Of a DNA stretch of 64,000 nucleotides, positions 10,201 through 19,947 are shown piece after piece. Made by a program: the position numbers and the translations under genes. The DNA is taken from the NCBI GenBank assembly GCA_032718475.1, contig JAUCBJ010008122.1, forward strand, positions 26,889-90,888. The letters run 5' to 3'. The DNA comes from Nemertoderma westbladi (Eukaryota > Animalia > Xenacoelomorpha). A model generated the notes under the pieces. That model saw nothing but the letters and a program-made list of their open reading frames with translations. It had not been told where the DNA came from and did not search any database. How positions within the stretch are numbered: the first letter of the stretch is position 1; each line of letters opens with the position of its first letter.

Positions 10201-12165
10201 ACTTCTCAAGGAGAGGACAGCGGGAAAGACACTGACAGATCTTATTATGTCAATAAAATGCCTAAAGATCAGGTAAGTAAATCCAAGTCTCGACCCAATG
10301 ACAGAAGGGAACCGGTACAAAAAACCCCTCCTACGTCTCCTAAAAGAATTCAGGTGAGAAAGCCCGAGGAAAGAACAAGTGTGCACCACACAGCACATGT
10401 TAAAGTAAGTAACATCAAGCCCAAATGTGTGCTGTGCGACGGGCCCCACCGTTTAAATGCGTGTGATAAATTCCTGAGGAAATCACTAAAGGATAGACGT
10501 GAAGTCATGTGGGATAAGCGGTTGTGTTACAATTGCCTCAGACGAGGACACCAACGGCGAACCTGTTACTCCGACGCAAGGTGTGCAAAGAGCGGCGCAA
10601 AACATCATATCTTGTTGCACACGGCATTCGAACGAAACAGCCCGAGTCAGGTAAGTGAGTCCGAACTACATGTCCAATTCAGTGATGTGAACGACACTGA
10701 TCAATCTGAGATGGAAGGATTCTATACGGACGAGTTCTCCGACCAAAACGAATCCTGTTACCTAATAAACACCACCGCAGTGTATCGAGCACTCATGCAT
10801 GAGAAAGACACAGACAGCGACCTTACCTTAACTACTTCTGATCAACAACCATCTTGGAAAGCGCCAACTTCCAATATAGGAATCCGAGAATTTCCTGTAG
10901 TCCAGTTACGGGTCCACGGACCTCAGAAGAGCTATATAGTGAACGCCCTCCTGGACTCCGGTAGCACAGGAACATTCATCGATAAAGAACTAGCCGAAGT
11001 CATCTTTGCTGGACAACCCAAGTTCCGAACCAAGCTAAACATGTCAGGGATCATGCAGGTTTGGAATTCTACTGTAGCTGCCGACTATTATATAGGTGAG
11101 TTGTCCACTCCACAGGATAAACTAGGAGAATACAGTATAAGGTCAGTAAAAATGGTGGCAATAAAGAACTTCTCTACCACCCAAGTGGAACCTTATAATT
11201 GGGACGAAGATGATCATGTCCAACAACTTAACATCCCTAGATTCGACACCGATTATCCTGGAGTACAAATATTAATCGGTCAAAACGCGCATGAGGCGCT
11301 GGAGACATTAGAGAAACGACCTACTCAACCGCAACCACTTCAGACCTACGCGGTAAGAACTAGAGTAGGTTGGTACCTTACTGGACCTTCCCGAAGAACG
11401 CTCAGAGAAAGACTGCTTCAAGATCGCGTCTGCCAGGTGAGTGAATGGGAAGATGATACTAGTGAGGGAGACGACCCAACTGAGGGAACACCATACTCCT
11501 CAGATAATGACGATATTAGCTCCAATGTAGATCAATGGAGATATTGCCCCAAGAAGTTTAATCCAACTGACATCGCTTCCAGAGGAGCAACTCCTCAAGA
11601 ACTGACAGATACTACAGACCGGTTAGGTGAACCCGACTTCCTGAGTAAGGAGGATGAATGGCCTCCCCATCTTACTCCGGCTGAGATTAGACAAGCCAAG
11701 GGAGCGGAGAAAGTCAAACCTAAAACCCGGACGGGTGGATCGGAGTTATTTGAACCCGGGATAGATCTGTCGGTATTACATATTGCCAGTGACAACGCCG
11801 TGGATCTGGACCTCCCCACCGCGAGTGGATCCTTCATGAAGATCAGAGAGAGCGATTGGAGCTCTGGAACATCAGACGTCTCGCAGGGACTCTCACCTCT
11901 CCTGCAGGGAGCGACGGACCACTATAGCTCCTGGAATCGGCTTTGTAACGCCGTCATATACTTTGAGCGATGTTTCTATCGTCACTATTCCAGGACGAAG
12001 AGGAAACCTGGAATTGTATTCGGGATGCAGCGACTCAATCACCCAGTCGGTCGTTTGTGTTTACCGGAAGGGAATGGAGGACTCTCCGGAAACTGTGGAA
12101 GGCAAGATTCTCTTCCCACGACCACCTCCCTAATCCTTCAAACATCTAGGGACTCCATAACGTAA
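7234..12165 (+). CDS. BEL/Pao Gag-protease polyprotein (1643 aa), internally deleted for RT, most of RNase H and integrase
   Basis: DUF1759-type Gag motif KFNGDEMKWLPFNEYY. Zinc knuckles CVLCDGPHRLNAC, CYNCLRRGHQRRTC and CAKSGAKHHILLH. Aspartic protease ALLDSGSTGTFI, then ILIG and RTRVGW. These are followed directly by the RNase H C-terminal motif QWRYCPKKFNPTDIASRG...WP, the connection motif YSSWNRL and a C-terminal HPVGRLCL. No YVDD RT motif and no DDE integrase. Confidence 0.93.
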   Translation: MSDTKQNLSDSLLDVTICDSDRGVEPSSRKFSSPPTVRKVIPPVVITEPRLVQHRRSIIGTRAQVKRDQEAAEQQQPASQELTSQRPNSSSSEDTVELTPERGAKMMDAVYSDPLLILPAAVLTRLLIAVEEHQIDWARSQRSTRDSYAGYTREELKSIVESQWNFPGPGLPFDLSEAAWEDIHRMGVANETIDPAVWKRSAAGYAQGFFSSMERVEKQLLQQPQGPQEQGQLLYQVRERILRIRLILSAFEEASKRRQDPSLQVAVKTWFQRVSRQVQGTARWKAQLEERSTHGESTDATFSQVESEATAEKPHKRDAIDIYLSDYQRFLGDDELRRRLEGLSPNSEGTKLVLDAIDVEMRAANQAKFDEQLRITRVQEEQVKKKRIEDRKAAAVAAAVAAAEAERKAAAAEAAAEAKVAAAEAKAAAEAERKVAEAVAEAERRAAEETTQLELENIQENQDCINKQLTASNMQMMNRSTPKRQGYTSSEEGDTTDTEGKENRSRLSRRKRTFHRQKLPDLPPAVRRQLNNTNLGSTEPTDQIIKIERLPTIVDEPEIIRPVLEITPSVIDTPVLPEVTSKFPLHSTKLSVPSRTAHETVQVLDPERNIHDLSPVVPRPPATTLATPASAVEWVDERRRGMDLLLGQMQETVQQFKGTVRESRLELQEVQQSIALERDKLVNLQKGISPPPVTMCQPVRSEVSHAQGVEPTRIYTASEVETPIVNPIKGNYKPVDNDISSRLDNNPRNLYTDNSLFNNAMAQESFTRQMARTEARQAVKVGEIVKFNGDEMKWLPFNEYYKDNIQNSVLSNGEKLRFLIECLEGPPKSMALKFIGHPDGLRQVWDTLNIRYGNRTNIARYLYAKLMAPRKFLSSGIIEFSDEIQEICRQLDWLGKSHEYQNSMVVGALASTLPKGGVGTRWDKKVLYMMEQQQRDPTMADLMSFLDSEVKLQLIKQSREKTAESKVSEKPVSRRRVTPVCYTDDGESQTSQGEDSGKDTDRSYYVNKMPKDQVSKSKSRPNDRREPVQKTPPTSPKRIQVRKPEERTSVHHTAHVKVSNIKPKCVLCDGPHRLNACDKFLRKSLKDRREVMWDKRLCYNCLRRGHQRRTCYSDARCAKSGAKHHILLHTAFERNSPSQVSESELHVQFSDVNDTDQSEMEGFYTDEFSDQNESCYLINTTAVYRALMHEKDTDSDLTLTTSDQQPSWKAPTSNIGIREFPVVQLRVHGPQKSYIVNALLDSGSTGTFIDKELAEVIFAGQPKFRTKLNMSGIMQVWNSTVAADYYIGELSTPQDKLGEYSIRSVKMVAIKNFSTTQVEPYNWDEDDHVQQLNIPRFDTDYPGVQILIGQNAHEALETLEKRPTQPQPLQTYAVRTRVGWYLTGPSRRTLRERLLQDRVCQVSEWEDDTSEGDDPTEGTPYSSDNDDISSNVDQWRYCPKKFNPTDIASRGATPQELTDTTDRLGEPDFLSKEDEWPPHLTPAEIRQAKGAEKVKPKTRTGGSELFEPGIDLSVLHIASDNAVDLDLPTASGSFMKIRESDWSSGTSDVSQGLSPLLQGATDHYSSWNRLCNAVIYFERCFYRHYSRTKRKPGIVFGMQRLNHPVGRLCLPEGNGGLSGNCGRQDSLPTTTSLILQTSRDSIT

Positions 12166-12713
12166 CAACATATGGAGTGGGTGTGTGACTCTATTTTTTT
12201 ATATTATTTTATTATTTTTATATTTCTGTATGTATTACTATGTAATTTTATTATAATCGTTTTCTTTAATTTTATTCAGTAGAATGTTATTTTAGCGATT
12301 ATTTAGTAGATTAGTGCAATATATTCGTGTTTATTGCGTACGTAATTACTTATATTATATTTAGTGCGATGGCGAGAAATAATTCTTTTCCTCCTTCCTT
12401 ACTGTCCGTATTACATTACAAATACGTAACTACAGTAAGATGAAATGTCCGTACTTATTAAAGTACAATAAAGCCACTACTATATTCAAGTATTATTGGT
12501 AGGCAGAGTATTAGGAATGCAAAGTTCAGATCCTCGTGTCTCGGCTAAACCAAGCTCTGGGTAGACCTTGGAAACGACTTGCCTCTTCACACTGACATTG
12601 CTTCGTGCGATATTGCTCTCATACCGTATATTAAATAATACATATAGTAGCGTGATGTCCCTTTAACAGTAGCGTACAACGCAAATTAATCTGTTAAACC
12701 CTTTGACCATCTG

Positions 12714-13020
12714 CAATTCTAGTCGATTAAGATATCGCGGCACCCACCGATATACTTGAAAGACAAATTTTAGAATCAGTGGTTAACGTCCCCAGACAAG
12801 TTCTGGAATAAATCGGTGCCCATCTCAAATATTAATTATTTAATATTTGCAAATCTAATAAATCAAAATCTGTAAAATTCAGATCCTTCAACAATTCTAG
12901 TCAATTAAGATATCGTAGCATTTACCGATATTCTTAAAAAGACAATTGTCATAGAATTAAGGATCTTGTGCCCCCAGACATATTCTAGAATCAAAATATG
13001 TCCATTTAATTATTAAATAA
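12714..13020 (+). repeat. Diverged ~178-bp tandem duplication in the 3' non-coding region of the LTR element
   Basis: CAATTCTAGTC(G/A)ATTAAGATATCG...CCCCAGACA..TTCT occurs at ~12714 and ~12892. Confidence 0.75.
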
Positions 13021-13559
13021 TAAAATTTCAGGGAATAATTTAAATTCATGCCTTTTAATGAATTTAATAAATTGCCATTTTTACGCAATTTATAACATTC
13101 CCAAAATTCCATTAATTAATAGATCACGGGAGCGGAGATTTATCTTATCATGCGTATGAGTGTGCGAAAGTCTTCCAAACATAGTCCATAGCCGATAAAA
13201 TTCATAAAGTCATGTATAAAACAGGACATTGACCATTAAAGAATTACTATTAAATAACATCCCAGATCTGTATGCATTGGAATTACCCTAATTCTACCGC
13301 TAGCTTTACATAATGTCACCATAGCAACAACCACGCTAGAATTAGAATTGAGTTAAAAGAACAATAGAAAGCTTGTCCCATTGAATAGCATAGGGAATAA
13401 ATAGCGCACTGCTAGTATCCAAGGATACATAATAATACAGTGACATTCTGGAAGGCATTGACTAACGGACAAATGGCCCGAGTGTGTGTAATTTGTGACA
13501 AGTTGTGTGTGTGGTATTTGTGAGTTTATAGGCGAATGTTACTACTAAGGTGTGTTTAC

Positions 13560-13775
13560 AGTAGCGAGTCGCAATTGTGAAAGTAACCCTAACTCTCCAG
13601 TAAGAACCTGAGGTGTATCTAAGCCTTTGGGACGGACAGTCGAGTGACTTGTGCCGGTTGTCGTTGTCGTTGTGCGGCTACGTCGTTGGCGAAAGTACAG
13701 CGGCGACGACACATCGGCGCTGAGGATCTCGCACTGTCCGGGGGCTAATTGGGGTAGGCAGCGACGCTCACTAGC
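13560..13775 (+). other. Predicted structured cis-acting RNA element
   Basis: Nested complementary arms: 13651-13675 with 13695-13720 (non-WC positions are G.U, one bulge), 13633-13644 with 13728-13740, 13586-13592 with 13749-13755, and 13563-13572 with 13761-13768. Short GAAA-capped stem near 13575-13586. Confidence 0.6.
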
Positions 13776-15229
13776 CTAAATATAAACTCCTTATAATATG
13801 GATAAACTCATATATAGCAGATATGACGGAGTTGATAGAAGATGGTCTTGGTATCAGGGAGCGATATACTCTACTTTCAAGCGTTTGTTGATAGCTTGAT
13901 ACGCGGTGATACTAGTCCAACTACTACGAAGGATGATGGTCGTTATATCGAACCTACGATTTCCTGGAAGTAACTTACGCGTGAATTGGACTATGGAAAA
14001 TTCACCGCTTGCTACACGCATTGTAATGGTACGTATATGGACTTCTTAACCATTGGCCATTCTATCGATTTACACGATACGGACTATGTCGAACATATCC
14101 TACCCAGAGGAGTCGAAACGATAAACCAAAATTCTAATGCGAAAATCCTATTCGAAATCGACTCGAAAGAAAAGACATTAAAGAAACAAATAAACGCGGT
14201 AACTCCAACATATATTTGGAATTCTTGATAGAAGCATTGTAACAACAAATAAATATCATCCGCGTTTCCCCTACCAGACGTGCGTCTTTGGTATTATTAC
14301 GATAAATGCCCTAGACCCAGCAAATAAACGGAAAGACATAAACATCCACGGAAACGTTGTGTTAAACACAGTTGTGCTCGTTATATTTACTGGAGTTTCG
14401 AGCGAAACTTGTTTGACGTATCACCTATGCTCACTCGGCTCGAACGATCCTGGAGTAAACCTACGATCAGAGTCCCGGAATACTCGGTCAAACCTCCTCA
14501 TTCCTTAGTTGGACCTCAGACCTGCGATCCTGGTGGTGTCGCGGATCCTCGCGGACTGTATTCACTGTTCAAAGATCTAGTGCTACCCTAACAATTAATC
14601 GGTAACACTCCGACAGTGATTTCTAGCTAGCCGCCCATCTTACCTAGCCGGATTGTGACGCGGACACCTAATATCACTATCCAACCGTATGGTCGTTCCC
14701 GTTTAACGCGATACAACCCTTCATCAAGGTGAAGGAGAGCGTTGTACGAAACGAGTTAAACGCTATTCTATAAAGATCAAAAAAGAAACCTGCGTTTGTT
14801 CAGATAAACGTAAGTTATAACAGTAAGTCCAATCGATAAACGAATTGGCCTTATCTCAGTTCGATTGGGAAATCTCGAATCTCTAAGAAGATATCAAGCT
14901 TAGAAAACCCTATTCTCTGCGAGAGTTTTGGACGAACGTATCCCATGACAAGCGGAGGAAAATCAGCTCGAGGAGAAGCATATCGAAATGGACGAGACAC
15001 CGACCGTAAACCCAAACCTTCTAATGCAATTGTATTGCACCCTTTACCCAGGAGTTATAGCCTTTCCAGTAAAGTGGCTCGCCCCAAAGAGAAAAGGACT
15101 CTTGCTGGCCTCTGGAAACTGCGTGAACGCCGTCCGCGCAAGAAAAACTAACTGTTTAGAGTATCTTTATATTTTAGAAACTGTGATTTGTTATATTTTA
15201 TAGACTTAAATCCCATTTTCTGGGAGCGG

Positions 15230-16429
15230 TGTAAAAGCTTTTGCGTAATTAGCCGGTTATTTTCCCGTAAAGTACTCTGTAGTTGGTTTACCAGGCATAA
15301 AAAGGCCGTGTCCTTACTGTACTGGTGTTTTAGAGGACATAAAAGTCATTTCTTCTGTATGTGTACTTTAAAGGACATAATCCGTAATTTCGTGACGCAA
15401 TAGCTGGATACTCTTGAAAACAGTGTCGCTACCATGACGACGGCTAACAGCTGATATTGCCACGTCGACATTTCTTTGTTTCTTTGTTCTCTCTTAGTTC
15501 AGTCAGCCAATCAGAGCATTTTTATGGCTCTTGTACAGAAATTTCCTAGAAATCACGCAATTCATTATGGGCAGTGTTTACATTCTGTCCTGAGCCAGTA
15601 AAGAACGGCTTTGGAGTATTTGTGCTTTTCTGCTTTAGCCTAACACTAGTAGGCTTAATTATAAGGACATATATCCGTTATCTGGGTAACTCAATGTTAT
15701 CTGTTTACATTCTGTTAACTGGCCCATACTGTGCAACTTAACTTAACATTACTGCTTTGCTGTCGGTTATTCATTATATTTGTTGATGAATTATTATATT
15801 TGGAATAACGAGAAATACCCCCGAAACCCAATATTCTTGATATACCGAAGGTAAGAGAGAAAGGTTACATATAACGATTGCGACTTATGTTAAAGTGGTT
15901 TGAAGTGAATCTAATGTTATTTGATAGACCCTACATGAGTCGGTCTGTGTTCCTTTTATATGTGACTAAAATCAGTGAAGATCGGCAGATTAGTGTGCAG
16001 TATTGTGCAGCATTGTGTATGAGTGAGACTGATAACGAAGCATTTCCTAAAGAATGCGCCATATATGTGAATTGTAACTAAGCCATATCGTTGTGAGTAG
16101 TTTAAGTCATAACTCTGTTTATATAGATAGAGCGCCACGTCCTAAAGGAACTGTTAATATTCCCCGAAGGTGACTATTCCCCGAAGGTGAATAATATTGT
16201 CAGAGATTATATAATACTGTCAGTCGAATAATACATTAGGCTTACATAGCAATACGATTAAGCCGTCGAAGTCAATCTCCCGGGTATATCCAACGGGTGA
16301 ATGATCGCGCACAGATTGGTTTCAACTAGTGTAGTGAATCAAATACTTGTTAGAGGCTAAAGCGATTTATTATCTAGAAGACATCCTAATTTGGCGGGTT
16401 AAACTGCCAAAGGTCTGAAAGCGCGAACA
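15230..16429 (+). repeat. 3' LTR (1200 bp) preceded by a short PPT-like tract (15222-15229)
   Basis: Same sequence as the 5' LTR, plus a duplicated TATTCCCCGAAGGTGA at 16158-16190. Confidence 0.95.
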
Positions 16430-16974
16430 GAGTGATAACTTGTTGTCTAGTAGCCATTCACTGAGTTTTTGGAGTTCATTATTAACTGTTAATACTAAAG
16501 AGTTTGTATTAGAATGTGTGTGCAGTAGGTTAGTGTCGTCAGCAAAAAGCGTAGTGAGGGATGTGCAGTTTGGTAAGTCATTCATATAAAGTAAAAAGAG
16601 TGTACTGTTTAGTATAGCGCCTTGTGGAGTACCACAGAGGGGGGTTAGAGGGTCGGATTGTATATTATTTAGAACGACTGTGTGTGATCTGTCAGTAAGA
16701 AAGCTCTTGAGTAGATCGTGTGGGAGGCCTCTTATTCCGTAACTGTTTAGTTTTTTTAATAATATCCCGTGGTCTAAAGTGTCAAATGCCTTCTTCAAGT
16801 CAATATAAATTATACAACCAGTATTCTGTGAGTCTAGTGCTTCTTGTAGGCGTTCTGTTATTGTTAGTATGGCATCTGTCGCAGTTAATTTTTTTCTAAA
16901 TCCGTATTGAGAGTCGCATAATATAGAGTATTTGTTTAGGTAGCTCAGTAGTTGTGTATTAATTATCCGTTCGT
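16430..16974 (-). mobile_element. RT core of the CR1/L2-group LINE (middle piece)
   Basis: QYGFRKK, YIDLKKAFDTLDH, GTPQGAILNSTLFLLYMND and FADDT motifs in ORF 16370-17002. Confidence 0.92.
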
Positions 16975-17736
16975 GATGATGATGATGATGATCGGCTTGC
17001 ACTAGGGTGCAGTGCCGGCGGCCCCAGAAACATAGCGCCCCCAGATCTTGCGGTCAGCCATACAATTTCCTAATTCATTCCTGTTCTCAAGTCCTGTGTC
17101 CTTGAGCAGGCGTTTGAGGAAAGTCATTAGCTGTCCACCACGTCTATTCTCGCCAGCAGGCTGCCACAGCACAAGGTTGTGTACAGGTTGATCCTGCCGG
17201 TGGAAACGTTGCCCAGCAAGCATTAGACGGCGTTTCTGCAGGGTGATGCTAGGTCTTGGCAATGAGATGTTACCATATTTATATAACACCTCATTGCTTA
17301 TGTGTGCATCATATGCTATGTTGTGCACCCGGCGAAGCATCCTGGTGTATGTGCCATCCAAGGACCTGGTGTCTTCAGCAGTTAGAGCCCAGCATGGGCT
17401 GCCATAGAGCAGCACAGGCTCCACTGCTGCACGGAAAAGGCGTACCTTTAAAGAGCATGAGATGTCAGAGCTCTTCCAGATCCTGGATAGCTTGTGGATG
17501 GCGGACCAGGCTTTCCCTTTGCGAATTCGGAGATCTTCAGCAGACCTCCGAACCCATGATCCAAGGTACTGTAGCAGAAGTCGTTCACATGACTTACCAG
17601 TCCATCCAGCGATTGAATGTTATCCCGATCAATTTTCTGCTGATCTGAATCCATGTTCACTGTCAGAATTTTGGTCTTTGTGCTATTCACAAAGAGGCCA
17701 ACACTAGATGCAGCCTCCTCTAAGCTAGATAGCAGC
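16975..17736 (-). mobile_element. 5'-truncated RTE-clade LINE with (CAT)n tail and 43-bp TSD
   Basis: GLFVNSTKTK and EPVLLYGSPCWAL...RMLRRV are RTE-type C-terminal motifs. (CAT)n tail at 16975-16992. Identical 43-mers at 16932-16974 and 17737-17779. Confidence 0.9.
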
Positions 17737-18560
17737 TTGTTTAGGTAGCTCAGTAGTTGTGTATTAATTATCCGTTCGTATAATTTACTAAATAGTGGTA
17801 GAATAGATATGGGACGGTAATTATTTTTGTACGTAGGATCTCCAGTTTTGTAAATGGGTGTAATTTTCGCACGTTTTAATATTTTGGGGAAGAAGCCATG
17901 TTGTATTGATAAATTAATTAAATATTTTAAATGGGGAGCTAGATCGTAAGCGGCTATTTTAATTAATTTAATTGGAAATTTGTCATTGGTGGCACAGTTG
18001 TTGTCTAAGTCTAATATATTATATATTACTTCCGTTTCAGTAGTTTCAGATAAGTAAAATGAATTTGCTTTGCGGTGAGTTATAAAACGAGTTGGATTTC
18101 TATTACTTTTTGGAATATTTTCAGATAATTTTGTACCTACGGTGGCAAAGTGTTCGTTAAATATATTAGCAATTTCGTTGGAATTAGTTACTTCTTGTGG
18201 ACCTTTTGATGTAGTGATTATTAATTTTTTGGGTGCATTTAGATTTTTTCGCTTATTTATTGCTTGATTAATGGTTTCCCAGGTTTTTTTCATGTTACAT
18301 TTATACTTTTCAAATTTTGATGCATAATATTGTTTTTCAGCTGATCTAAGGATTTTCGTCAATTGATTACGGTATGTTTTATATTGTTGTTGATTTTGTA
18401 GTGTAGGATTCTTAGATTGAGTTGCGTAAAGTTTATTCTTTTTTATTGTTTTTTTATTGTTATGTGTTTTATTGTTTTTTAGGAATCTCATTCTTTATTA
18501 AGTTTATTTTGGTAGGTGTTTATGTTTGTCGTTCTGAATTTCCATTTCTAATACTATTGT
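17737..18560 (-). mobile_element. 5' piece of the CR1/L2-group LINE ORF2 (5'-truncated)
   Basis: MKKTWETIN, IANIFNEHFATVG and AKITPIYKTGDPTYKNNYRPISILPLFSKLYER, joining the middle piece through the duplicated ERIINTQLLSYLNK. The 5' boundary is approximate. Confidence 0.88.
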
Positions 18561-18636
18561 AACTACAGTAGATGCTCTGTAAATGTCGTTTTTAAACAAG
18601 AAAGAGAACAAATGTTTGATATAATTCAACTGTAAA

Positions 18637-19035
18637 CTATGGTGGCCCTGAGCGGCCAGTTTTGAAATCTTTTTTTTGGTTTCCCCGACTTTTGCAAACT
18701 CATTCGAACGACTTTACAAAACAAATCTAATTTACTAGAGTGGTTTTTACTGTATACCGACAAACGTCCAATCAAGTTTGCTTCCCCGAGGCAAAAACGC
18801 ATTCGGGGCAAACAAAAAAATTACAAAAACAAACTTTTGTTTTCCTGAGTTTTGTAAAGTCTTTTGAACGAGTTTGCAGTAGTCGGGGTTACCGCACTCT
18901 GTTTGTATAGAAACCATACTCCAACCAATTAGATTTGTGTCCCCGAGTTTTTTTTTATAAAGTGGTTTCGAGCAAACGGATTTGCAAACAAAAAAATAAG
19001 ATAGGACTACCGGTAACAAAGCTGACCCACCATAG
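18637..19035. mobile_element. Probable ~400-bp MITE
   Basis: CTATGGTGG (18637-18645) is inverted at CCACCATAG (19027-19035). Diverged internal direct repeats. Confidence 0.45.
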
Positions 19036-19085
19036 AACACATCCTTTTCCCTAAATTTGTGCTATACTGTATGTACTGTAGTAGT

Positions 19086-19916
19086 CAGTGGCGGATCTAG
19101 GATTTCTCCAAGGGGGGGGGGGGGGGGGGGGGGGGGGGGGATTATATATCATCTATTATAGGATCATTCCATGTAAAGTGCGGGACATTCGTACGACCTT
19201 TTGTGCATACTTTAGTACTGTACATCAAGAAAATGAACTAAAATGTTATAATGCTTGTGTTTCTTAGAAAAACCAATTATCGGTTATGTATAAAAAAAGC
19301 AGTTTGGAAAACCTGCAGCAGTTTATGTCTCAGAATTATTGCTTCAAAAAATTGTAAAGTGCGGGACGCGTACGAAAGTGAAATTCTCAACTGCCAACTT
19401 CATTGCTAAAGTTCAGCGAATTGGGTAAAGTTAGTGGGAAATCTTTTGTTCCGTGATGTTCCTAGATATGTAGGGAAAATAAATTAGCCTTTAGTAAGAT
19501 GGTAGGTAACATCAATGAAACAGGGGAGTAGTTTAAGTGCAGCAAAGACATGTAAAGTGTGGGACATTTCACTGTAAAGTGCGGGACACGTGCGATTTTA
19601 TCATTTATAAACACATTAAATCGTTAATTATTACATTTTTCCGGCTAAATCAGTGATAGTTATAAACTTTTCAGTGAGATTGCCACATACTGTATAATTT
19701 GAACTTAAAGATAAATGAATGACAATGCAACTAGCCCTAACCAAAATACTAAACCTAACCTACCAAACCTAGTTGGCCCTGTAAAGCCCCTTACTATACT
19801 ATGTACATGTATATATGTGACTGCCTGTCAAGTAAATGTTCAAGTATTTAAAGTATACAATTCCACTGGAGGTCCGGCCTATAGTAGGCCTACAGTGCAC
19901 ACTGTAATGATGAGGC

Positions 19917-19947
<31 letters not shown>

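Larger units (their letters stand above)
2933..16429 (+). mobile_element. BEL/Pao LTR retrotransposon, structurally complete but non-autonomous (no RT or integrase)
   Basis: Two TGT...ACA LTRs (2933-4115, 15230-16429), 5-bp TSD GAGTG at 2928-2932 and 16430-16434, purine-rich GGGAGCGG before the 3' LTR, internal Pao-type Gag-protease ORF. Confidence 0.95.

Noticed and set aside
16370-18491. ORFs 16370-17002 (with a His tract) and 17448-18491 as real genes
   Set aside because: Chimeras of LINE, RTE and LTR sequence; the His run is the RTE (CAT)n tail.
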